Shown here: piece after piece, positions 1 to 8,700 of the stretch
Position numbering within the stretch: position 1 is the stretch's first letter
Layout: the number at the start of each line of letters is the position of its first letter
NCBI GenBank assembly: GCA_012514865.1
Contig: JAAYZO010000535.1
Span: 1-33,540, forward strand
Direction: 5' to 3'
Length of the DNA: 33,540 bases
DNA from: Lentisphaerota bacterium
GTDB lineage: Bacteria > Verrucomicrobiota > Lentisphaeria > Oligosphaerales > JAFGRS01
Translations under genes and position numbers: made by a program
Notes under the pieces: model-generated
What the model was told of the DNA's origin: nothing
The model's database searches: none
What the model saw: the letters and a program-made list of their open reading frames with translations, nothing else

Positions 1-2
1 CC

Positions 3-86
3 ATCGAGGACCTGAACACCTTCGTCTTCCAGCGTAAGGAACCACGCAAGACGCTGCGCCGGAAGGAACAGCAGCCACTAAGTTGA
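3..86 (+). CDS. Tentative 3' end of an unidentified CDS entering from the left edge (..IEDLNTFVFQRKEPRKTLRRKEQQPLS*)
   Basis: Frame 3 is open from the window edge for 27 codons and ends at TGA 84-86. 20 of 27 codons end in G/C, including the first ten. It would converge on the EF-G paralog. It is too short for any family call and could be a chance open frame in GC-rich DNA. Confidence 0.25.
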   Translation: MEDLNTFVFQRKEPRKTLRRKEQQPLS

Positions 87-226
87 CGCGTATGCCCTTC
101 GGGGTGGCCAGGGGAGCGCTGACGCGGTCTTCGTTCAGCCCTGGGGCTGTCACCGGCAGAACGGCGAACCACCCGTACCTCGGAGCTTCCGTCACTGGCA
201 GGTTCCGGCCATTGGAGGAAGATCCG

Positions 227-2293
227 TCAGAGGCTGCCGAAGAGCTGTCGGGCGGTGGCGGCGGGGAGCTCCTGGTAGCCGCACGGCTCCATGCTGAAGG
301 CGCCGCGGCCGCCGGTGAGCTTGGGGAGGGCCTTGCCGAAGCCGAACATCTCGGCGAGGGGCACCTGGCAGGAGATGCGCTTGACCGGTCCGATGCTGGC
401 CATGGCGTGGATGATGGCGCGGCGGGGCTGGAGGTAGACCGAGACATCGCCGACGCAGTCTTCGGGGGCCATGACCTCGAGGCGCATGAGGGGCTCCAGG
501 ACGACCGTCCCGACGTGGGCGATGGCCTGGTCGACGGCCTCGAGGACGGCGCCGACGACAGCGCCCTCGGTGGTCTTGTCGGGCTGGATCTCGAGGGCCG
601 TCAGCTCGGCGCCGGCGTAGATCAGCGGGTAGCCGTGGTTGCCGCCGGTGCGCAGGCCGTCGGCGAGGGCCTTCTCGGCAGCGGCAATGAGGGCCTTCGG
701 CACGAGGTTGCGCTGTTTGAGGCTGTTGCTGACGCGGAAGAGCTCCTCGCCGCGCGGCAGGGGCTTAAAGGCGACCCGGACCTCGGCGAAGATCTCGGTT
801 TCGCCGAGGACGCGGCTGAAGACGACGTGTTCGCTGGTGGCGGCCGTGAAGGTCTCGCGGTAGGCGACGCGGGGCTCGCCGGTGCGGGTGTCGAGGCCGA
901 ACTCATCGGCGATGCGCTTGAGGTTGATCTCGAGGTGGAGCTCGCCCATGCCGGAGAGCAGGCGCTGGCCGGTGTCCTCGTCCTGGCTGCGCGAGAGGGT
1001 CTGATCCTCGCGGCAGAGCAGGCCGAGGACCTCGTCGAGGCGGTCCTTGTCCTTGCTGTACTTGGGCTCGATGGCGATGGAGATGACCGGGTCGGGGAAG
1101 GCGATCGACTCGAAGGCGACGCGGTGTCGCGGGTCGCAGAGGGTATCGCCGATGCCGCAGTCGCGCAGGCCGATGAGGCCGACGATGTCGCCGGGCCCGA
1201 CCGCCTCGACCATCTCGGTGTTCTTGGCGTAGATGCGCAGGAGCTGCTTGGGCCGGACGCGTTCGCCCGAACGGCTGTTCAGGAGGGTATCGCCGGCGTG
1301 GAGCGTGCCGGCGTAGGTGCGCACGTAGAACAGGTCGCTGCTGGCCGAGGCATTGACCTTGAAGATCAGGCCGGCGAAGGGCGCCTTCGGGTCGGGGGCG
1401 ATCGCCACCGTGTCGGCGGTACGGAGGTCCTGGGCCTTGACCTGGTCGACCTCGTCGGGCGACGGCAGGTAGTCGATGACGCCGTCGGCCAGGGGCTGGA
1501 TGCCGAGGCGGCGCTTGCCGCTGCCGAGGAAGACCGGCACGACCATCCGGCGCAGGGTCAGGGCGCGGATCTCGCGGCGCAGGAGGTCGACCGGGATGTC
1601 CGCGCCGTCGAGGTAGAGCACGGCGATCTCTTCGGAGTGGTCGGCGAGGCGTTCGATCATGTGCTCGCGGCGGGCGGCGAAGACGGCCGCGTGCTCGGCC
1701 GGCACCGGGCCGCGGTGGACCTCGCGGTTCTCATCGCCCGAGAAGGTGATCAGCTCGGAGGTCACCAGATCCAGAATGGCATGGAAGCCGTCCTCGACGC
1801 CGATCGGCTCCTGCACGGGTACGGCGCAGTTGCCGAAGGTCGTGTTGATATCCTCGACGACGCGCGCGAACGAGGCCCCGATGCGGTCGAGCTTGTTGAC
1901 GAAGGCGATCTTGGGGACGTGGTAGTGGTCGGCCTGGCGCCAGACCTTCTCGCTCTGCGCCTCGACGCCCTCGACGCCGCCGAAGATGACGACGGCGCCG
2001 TCGATGACGCGCAGGGAGCGCTCGACCTCGGCGGTGAAGTCGATGTGTCCGGGGGTGTCGATGAGGTGGATGAAGTGGTCCTTCCAGGGGATGGTCGCAG
2101 CGGCGGCGCGGATGGTGATGCCGCGGGCGCGCTCCTCGGGAAGGAAGTCCATGGTGGTACTTCCCTCGTCGATATTGCCATAGCGGTGCGTCAGGCCCGA
2201 GAAGAAGAGGATGCCCTCGGTAGTGGTGGTCTTGCCGGCGTCGATATGGGCGATGATGCCGATGTTACGGATGAGACGGGTGCCACTGCTCAT
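227..2293 (-). CDS. Elongation factor G family translational GTPase (divergent EF-G paralog)
   Basis: 688-codon ORF with a GAGGA Shine-Dalgarno 6 nt upstream of the ATG. The GTPase motifs appear in EF-G order: G1 AHIDAGKT(TTTE), G2 RGITI, G3 DTPGH, G4 NKLD. The C-terminal EF-G domain III-V-like sequence includes VPLAEMFGFGKALPKLTGGRGAFSMEP. The length fits EF-G. There is no rpsG upstream or tuf downstream in the window. Automated pipelines would probably label it fusA, but the domain IV loop is non-canonical (see findings). Confidence 0.93.
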   Translation of the reverse strand: MSSGTRLIRNIGIIAHIDAGKTTTTEGILFFSGLTHRYGNIDEGSTTMDFLPEERARGITIRAAAATIPWKDHFIHLIDTPGHIDFTAEVERSLRVIDGAVVIFGGVEGVEAQSEKVWRQADHYHVPKIAFVNKLDRIGASFARVVEDINTTFGNCAVPVQEPIGVEDGFHAILDLVTSELITFSGDENREVHRGPVPAEHAAVFAARREHMIERLADHSEEIAVLYLDGADIPVDLLRREIRALTLRRMVVPVFLGSGKRRLGIQPLADGVIDYLPSPDEVDQVKAQDLRTADTVAIAPDPKAPFAGLIFKVNASASSDLFYVRTYAGTLHAGDTLLNSRSGERVRPKQLLRIYAKNTEMVEAVGPGDIVGLIGLRDCGIGDTLCDPRHRVAFESIAFPDPVISIAIEPKYSKDKDRLDEVLGLLCREDQTLSRSQDEDTGQRLLSGMGELHLEINLKRIADEFGLDTRTGEPRVAYRETFTAATSEHVVFSRVLGETEIFAEVRVAFKPLPRGEELFRVSNSLKQRNLVPKALIAAAEKALADGLRTGGNHGYPLIYAGAELTALEIQPDKTTEGAVVGAVLEAVDQAIAHVGTVVLEPLMRLEVMAPEDCVGDVSVYLQPRRAIIHAMASIGPVKRISCQVPLAEMFGFGKALPKLTGGRGAFSMEPCGYQELPAATARQLFGSL

Positions 2294-2299
2294 ACAAGA

Positions 2300-2304
2300 T
2301 CCTC
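2300..2304 (-). promoter_or_regulatory. Shine-Dalgarno (GAGGA) for the EF-G paralog
   Basis: The minus strand reads ..GCGAGGATCTTGT-ATG. GAGGA ends 6 nt before the start codon at 2291-2293. Confidence 0.6.
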
Positions 2305-2390
2305 GCTGGCGTCACCGACGCGGTAGCCTCTGCAGGAACCAGGCGAGGCCTGGCCGGCGGCCGGAATGCCGCCTGCGGACAACATGGCGT

Positions 2391-2419
2391 AATGTAGCCC
2401 ATCGACGGCCCTCTGTCGG
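2391..2419 (-). promoter_or_regulatory. Candidate sigma70-like promoter for the EF-G paralog (-35 CCGACA, 17-nt spacer, -10 TACATT)
   Basis: On the minus strand CCGACA is at 2414-2419 and TACATT at 2391-2396, with a 17-nt spacer. This is the only relatively AT-rich patch in the 470-bp intergenic region and would give a 5' UTR of about 90 nt. The match to consensus is only moderate, and the promoter rules of this unknown lineage are not known. Confidence 0.25.
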
Positions 2420-2700
2420 CTCTTCCGCCAGGCCGGCGGAGCCAGGCCGGCGGAAGGGCCCCAGGGGAGCGGCTGAGGACAGCCGCCGCCGCGGCAGAGG
2501 AGGCGCCCGGCGGCGCCGGGCCGGGGCTGGTCCCGGGGTCGCCCGGCAAGGGACGCAAGCGACGGAAGGGACTCCAGGAGGGGCGCGCCGCGGAACGTGG
2601 CGCCGCCAGGCGCCCGGCGGTGCCGGGCCGGGGCGGCAGCCCTGGTGTCCCTGGTGTCCCTGGGGTCGCTTTCCTCGTGGTCGACCCTGCGGCGGGGGTT

Positions 2701-2743
2701 AAAAGCCCACGGGGCCGGCCCGAGGTGGGCTGGCCCCGTGGGG
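2701..2743 (-). terminator. Intrinsic (rho-independent-like) terminator of the giant gene
   Basis: Starts 23 nt after the TGA at 2766-2768. The minus strand reads CCCACGGGGCC-AGCCC-acctc-GGGCC-GGCCCCGTGGG followed by CTTTTAA. The outer arms (2706-2716 and 2732-2742) are a perfect 11-bp GC-rich stem, and the inner part can extend it to about 16 bp around a 5-nt loop. The T-tract is only 4 nt. Confidence 0.6.
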
Positions 2744-2765
2744 GGTTGTCAGGTCACGGTGCGCC

Positions 2766-5700
2766 TCAGCGCGGCGGGCCGCTGAGGGGCAGGTTCACCC
2801 GGCGGAACGCCTCGATCCAGTAGGCCCGTCCGGGCACCATGGTGGTGACCGTCTCGTAGGCCATCGTGACCGGGTTCAGGGTCATGATGTTGTTGAGGTT
2901 GACGGTGCCGTTGCCGCCGCCGATGCCGTAGGCGCCGTAGGCGGTGAGGGCATTCGTCTGGACGGCCGGCCCGACGAGGTTCCAGCCCGCCTCGAGGGCC
3001 AGGGTGCCGTCGGTCGGCATGCCGTGCACGGTGAAGGTCGCGCCGTTCGGGAACGGGCAGAAGACCCAGTACCCGACCTTGGCGCGGACGCGGAGCACGG
3101 GGACGTAGCTGCCGCCCTCGTAGGCCCAGACCATGCCGGCGATCACCGGCTGGCCGGCGAAGGCGAAGACGCTCTGGACGTCGCTGGTGACCGGCTCGAC
3201 AGCCAGGGAGATCATGTTCCAGCCGTAGCGCAGGCTGATGGTCTGGCTGCGGTCGCCGGTGCCGAGGCTGATGCGGAAGACCGCCACCGGGGCGACGCCA
3301 TCGCGGTCAGCGCGTTCCAGCAGCTCGGCCATCTCGGCGGAGCTGATGGTGATGTCGCTGAAGGCGCTCATGTCGACGGCCGACCCGGAGACCGGGTAGA
3401 GCTCGCCGTAGGGTCCCTCGTCGACGCGGGTGAGGATCAGCGGCGTCTCGGTGACGGGCAGGCCGAGGTCGGTCCAGCGGATGCGGCAGGAGCCCGGGTT
3501 GCGTCCCAGCTCGACCTTGAGGTACCATGCCGTGAGGTCGCCGTAGGGCCGCATATCGGTGGTCAGGCGGGTGTGCTCCTGATCGAAGCCGATGATGTAG
3601 CTGCTGCCGCTGGGCGTGGTGGCGACGGCCGTGCCGGCGCCGACGCCGCCGGGTCCGGTGGGCGGGCCGCTGGGATCACCGGGCGGCGGGATGCTGGTGG
3701 GCAGGTCCGCGTCGATGCCCATGTCGAAGCCCTGGGTGGCACCGGAGCGCCAGCCGATGGTGACCGTCTGGGTGACGGCCGGGGTGCCATCGGTGAAGGT
3801 CTTGTCGACCTGGATGGACTGCGTCCAGCTCCGGCTGCCGATGGTGACCTCATTGCTGAGGGTACCGAGGCTCTCGCCGTTGCGATCGACGGCGAAGACG
3901 AGGCAGGACCAGACCTCACCCTCGGCGGTGTAGCGTGCCGGGACGACGTTGGCCGGCGAGCCGTCGGGGCTGGTGTCGGGCTTGGCATTGGCGAGGATGT
4001 AGTTGTAGCCCTCGTACGGCTGGGCGCCGCTGCCGAAGGGCACCATGAGGCCATTGCGGTACCAGACGTAGCGGTAGGAGACCGCGTCGGCGCCGAGGGG
4101 CGAGATCGCGCCGCCGGCTTCGCAGACCAGGTCCGAGGTGATCTCGGGCGCGGCCGGGGTCAGGACGACATGCGCGGGTGCGCTCGGTCCGCTGGCGCCG
4201 GCGGGGGTCTCGAACCAGAGGTGGACGGAGTACTCGCGGTTGGTGTCGATGAGGATCTGGTTGGTCCAGACCTGGACGTAGTAGATGCCCGGGTCGAGGG
4301 TGGCGACGATGCGGGCGTAGCTCGAGCTGCCCGGCTGGCGCAGCACGCCGATGTCATCGACCTGGCGGATGAAGCGCGGCGCGCCGCCGTTCGGGCTGGC
4401 GCTGTAGAGAGCCAGGACCGTATCGGCCGCATCCGACGCGGAGTTGTGCTGCGGGGTCCACAGCTCGGCGCCGCCATTGGTCTCGAAGGTGACCTTGACC
4501 TGCTCATAGCCCGGGCCGTCCTCGACGACGAACCAGAACCAGTCGCGGTCGTCCTGAGCCACGAAGGAGTGGTCCTGGATGGCGGTATCGGCCAGGCTCA
4601 GCGGGTTGCTCTTGGGCAGGATGCGCCGGGCCTGGTTGGCGGTGTTGTTGGGCTCGTAGGCATAGACGCCGGTGAGGGTCTCGGCGATCACGACCGGGTT
4701 GGAGCTGACGCTGACGCTGGCATTGCCGAAGACATCGACAGCGGTGACCTGGCAGAACCAGCGGTCGCCGGGCTCGGTCTCGGCCTCGTCGAGGACCGGC
4801 GAGGTGAGGCCGTCGACGGCGAGGTAGCCGCCGGCCGTGGCGTCGAAGCGGAACCACTGGTAGAAGTAGGCGAAGACATCGCCATCCGGGTCGCTGGAGC
4901 CGGACGCCGTGCACAGGAGCATATCCTGCGTGAAGGCGGTCTCCGGCGTCACGGTCACCTGAGTCGGGGTCGTCGGCGGGTCGTTGTCGACGACGACATT
5001 GGCGGCGCCGCCGATGACGCGGGTGACGCGCACCTGCGGGTCATTGCCGCTGCCGTAGGTCGGCCGGCTGAGGCCGCCGGCGAGATCGCGGGCGTAGGCC
5101 ATGAAGCCCCACAGGTCACCGCGGCGGGTGAGGTTGCCGCTGAGGCGGACCTGGGTCGCCGAGTTGGCCGCGACCTGCGCTGCCGGCGAGGACATGAAGA
5201 ACTCGCCGTTGCGGTACCAGTCCACCAGGAAGGTGATGCTGGTGGCATTCGGGTTACGCAGGCTGAGGGTGAGGGCATCGCCGACCTCAGGCGCGTCGGG
5301 GTTCAGCGACATGAAGATCGGCCGCTGCGGGGCGGTGCGGACGGTGGTGACGGCGTAGTCGAGGGCGAAGGGCCCCTGCTTGCCGAGGTCGTCCACCGGC
5401 ACGACGACGACGTAGTAGACCTCGCCGGCGGCGGCGCCGAGGCGTGCCAGGTCGAGGGTGACCGAGGTGGCGAGGGCGGCGTTGTCGGCGACGAGGATCG
5501 TCTCGCCGAGGTCGTACAGGCCGTCGGCATCGGCGTCCTCGAAGAGGTCTTCGCCCTCATCCCAGTCGCCGTTGCCGTTGGCATCGATGAAGCCGACGGC
5601 GGCGTTGGGGCTGGTCGGCGCGGCGACGCCGCGGAACCAGTAGTAGCGGTACTGGACGGTGAGGCCGTCGGGGTCGGTCGAGGGCAGGGTCACGACGACA

Positions 5701-8700
5701 CGCAGGACGGCATCGCGGGCCACCTCGTGGGTGGTGGTGGCCGGGTCGATGCGGATCCGCGGCATGCCGGGGGCGTCGTTGCCATCCATGACGACGTCGT
5801 CCATGGTCGGCAGCGGGGCGCCGTTGGCGCTGCCCGGCAGGACCGCGTGCATCCAGCCAGCGCGCCAGTCGGCGTGCCAGGCGAAGTCTTCGATGTGCTC
5901 GCCGGCGTCGTCGAACTTCAGGTAGAGGGCGAGGCCCATGGCCTTGGCCCACGGCGCGGGCTGCGCGTCGTACCAGCTTGCCTTGTTGGCGTAGTCGACC
6001 CAGGCGTCCTCGTCGGCCGGCTGGTAGGCGCGGTCGGCGTTGGCGTCGTGGTAGTACAGGGCCAGGGCGCGCGTGGTGCCGGTGGCGGCGGCCGGGGCGG
6101 CGCCGTGGATGAGCAGGTCAATGCCGGCGTCGTAGGCGCCCGCCGTGCCGATGAGGAGGACGCCGTCGCCGGGCTGGTCGGCCCAGACGGCCTCGCCCTC
6201 GTCCCAGGCGTGGTTGGCGTTGGCGTCGTCGTAGAAGACGCCGGTAGCCAGGCGGCCGACGGTGCCGGACGGCGTCGTCCAGGGCATCTGGCTGACGTGG
6301 CGGTCGACGACGTAGGCGCTGGTGTCGGTGTTGGCGAGGTTGAAGGCATCGGCGAGGCCGCCGTCGTAGGCGCCGATGACCGGCATGGCCGTGCGGCTGC
6401 TGAAGGCGGTGATCTCGGCGTTGCTGCGGGTGGCGCCATTGAGGTAGTAGGTCAGGCCCGAGGTCGGGTCGACGTACTGCAGGGAGCGCGGGTCCACGCC
6501 CCAGATGCGGACCTCGTCGAGGTCGCCGGCGTAGTTCTCGCCGAAGCGCACGAAGGCGGTGCGGGTCGGCAGGACAGTCGGGCAGTACCCGGGCACGCCG
6601 ACCTGCTCGGCGACGAGGACGCCGTCGAGGAAGAGGCTGAGGACGTGTCTGGCCGAGTCGTAGCGTCCGACGAGGTGGTACCACTGGTTCTCGAACAGCT
6701 CGAGGTTGGCGACCTCGGCGGTGCGCAGGTTGGCCAGGGGCGTCGCGCCGGCGTCGGCGGTGTTGGTCCACGCGGTGAACGGGTAGAGGTACTTCCCGCC
6801 GGCGTTCTGGCCGACCTTGAGGCCGATGGCGTAGTTGGTGTCGGCGGTGGCGCCGGGTGTCGTGACCTCGAAGCCGCGGCGGACGAGGAAGAGCTCCTCG
6901 CCGACGGCGTGGTCATCGAGGTCGATCTGGCCGCGCTGGGCCGGGTCGTCGCCGGTGCGGAAGCGGAAGCGCGCCTCGACGGTCCAGCTCGAGAAGGCCA
7001 GGCGCTGCAGGGCGTCGTCGACGCCGGGGGCGCGCAGGAACTCGTCGGTCTCGAGGCGCGCCATGAGGTTGCCGCGGTAGTCAAGGCCGGCGTAGCGGCT
7101 CAGGTCGACGTTGGCATTCACGCGCTCGTTCGAGAGGCTGTTGTAGCCCTGCGTGCCGGTGACGAACTCGGCGTAGTCATCGGCGCCGTCGTCGTCGGTG
7201 TCGACGAGGTTCGGGTCGGTGAAGACGCCCGGCTGCCACTCCTGGATGTCGGTGAGGCCATCGCCATCGCTGTCGGTGGTCTCGTCTTCCGGGACCTTCG
7301 GGTTAGTGCCGGCGAGGTACTCTTCGTAGTTGGTGCGGTTGTCCATATCCGGGTCATCGTTGCGGCCATTGGGGGTCGCGGCGCTGAGCGGATTGAGGTC
7401 ATAGCGGATCTCCCAGCCATCCGGGAGGTCGTCGTCGTCGCTGTCGCGGTCATTCGGGTCGGTGCCCTGGCCGAACTCGACGATGTTGCTGGCGGCGTCG
7501 CCATCCGGATCGCCGGCCGCGCCATGGCGGCCGTTGCCGTCGACGGGGCTGAGGCGGTTGGCGACTTCCCAGCCGTCCGGGAGGCCGTCGCCGTCGGTAT
7601 CGGCGTCGGTCGGGTCGGTGAGGTAGTCACGTTCCTGGCTGTTGGTGAGGCCATCGGCGTCGGGATCGCCGGCGGCGCCGTTGACGCCGGTGGCGTCGGT
7701 GGCGTCGAGGAGGTAGCGGCGTTCCCAGCCATCCGGGAGGCCATCGCCGTCGGTGTCGCTGTCGAGCGGGTCGGTGGCGTCGCCCCAGTTCGGGGGCACG
7801 CTGACGAGGTCGACGACGAGGTCGGCGCCGAGGTACTCATCGATGTTGCTGAGGCCATCGCCATCGAGGTCGACGCCGGCGTCATCGGCGAGCGGGTTGA
7901 GGCCGTAGGCGACCTCCCAGCCGTCGGCCATGCCGTCGCCGTCGGTATCGGCGAGGCGGGCGCGGGTGCCGGCGCGGTACTCGCCGAGGTTGTCGAGGCC
8001 GTCGTTGTCCGGGTCGCCGGTGGCGCCGTTGGCGCCGGTGGCGTCGTTGGGCATGAGGCCATTGGCGATCTCCCAGGCATCCGGGAGGCCATCGCCGTCG
8101 GCGTCGCTGGCGAGGAGGTTCGGCACATCGGTGTCGAAGGCATAGCCGCCCTCACCGCGGGCCGAGTCAGCCAGGCGGTTGGTGACCATATCCTGGGCGC
8201 CGTAGCGTGCCGGCGAGAGGGCGCTGCCGGCCCACTCGTCGTCGTCCATGATGAAGTAGCTCACCAGGTTGGCCTCGCCGCCGCTGAGGCGCTGGAAGCG
8301 GCTGCCGTTGATCTGCGCCAGGCTGCGGGCGACCTTCCAGACGCGCACGTCGTCGATCTTGCCGGCGAAGCCGCTGAGGCCGTTGCCGCCGAGGGTCAGG
8401 TCGGTGAGCGGCAGATCCGGGGTGATCGAGGTGAAGACGATGCCGCGCATGATGCCGTCGAGGTAGAGGCGGAAGTTGCCGGTCTCGCCGGTGGTGCTGC
8501 GCGGGTCGTAGACGACGGCCAGGTGGTGCCAGGCGGTGGCGTCCTGGACGGTCAGGCTCGAGGTGACCGTCAGGGCGCTGCCGCCGAGGTAGGTGAAGCG
8601 CGCGAAGGGCTTGTGCGTCGCATCGATACCGATCTCGACGGTGACGCTGCTGCCCGAGCGCCGGGACAGGAGGACCTGCTCGGCGGCGGTGGTGCTGGCG

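Noticed and set aside
87-226. Terminator hairpins in the convergent gap downstream of the EF-G paralog (e.g. GCCC-ttcg-GGG near 96-107 and CAGCC-ctgg-GGCTG at 136-149).
   Set aside because: The stems are only 3-5 bp with no adjoining T/A tract, which is not distinguishable from chance in GC-rich sequence.
2211-2823. Small ORFs in and around the intergenic region (2211-2702 +, 2265-2558 -, 2597-2785 +, 2620-2823 +).
   Set aside because: They give Arg/Gly/Pro/Ala-rich low-complexity translations. They overlap the EF-G start, the terminator hairpin or the giant-gene stop. None has a ribosome-binding site or a recognisable motif.
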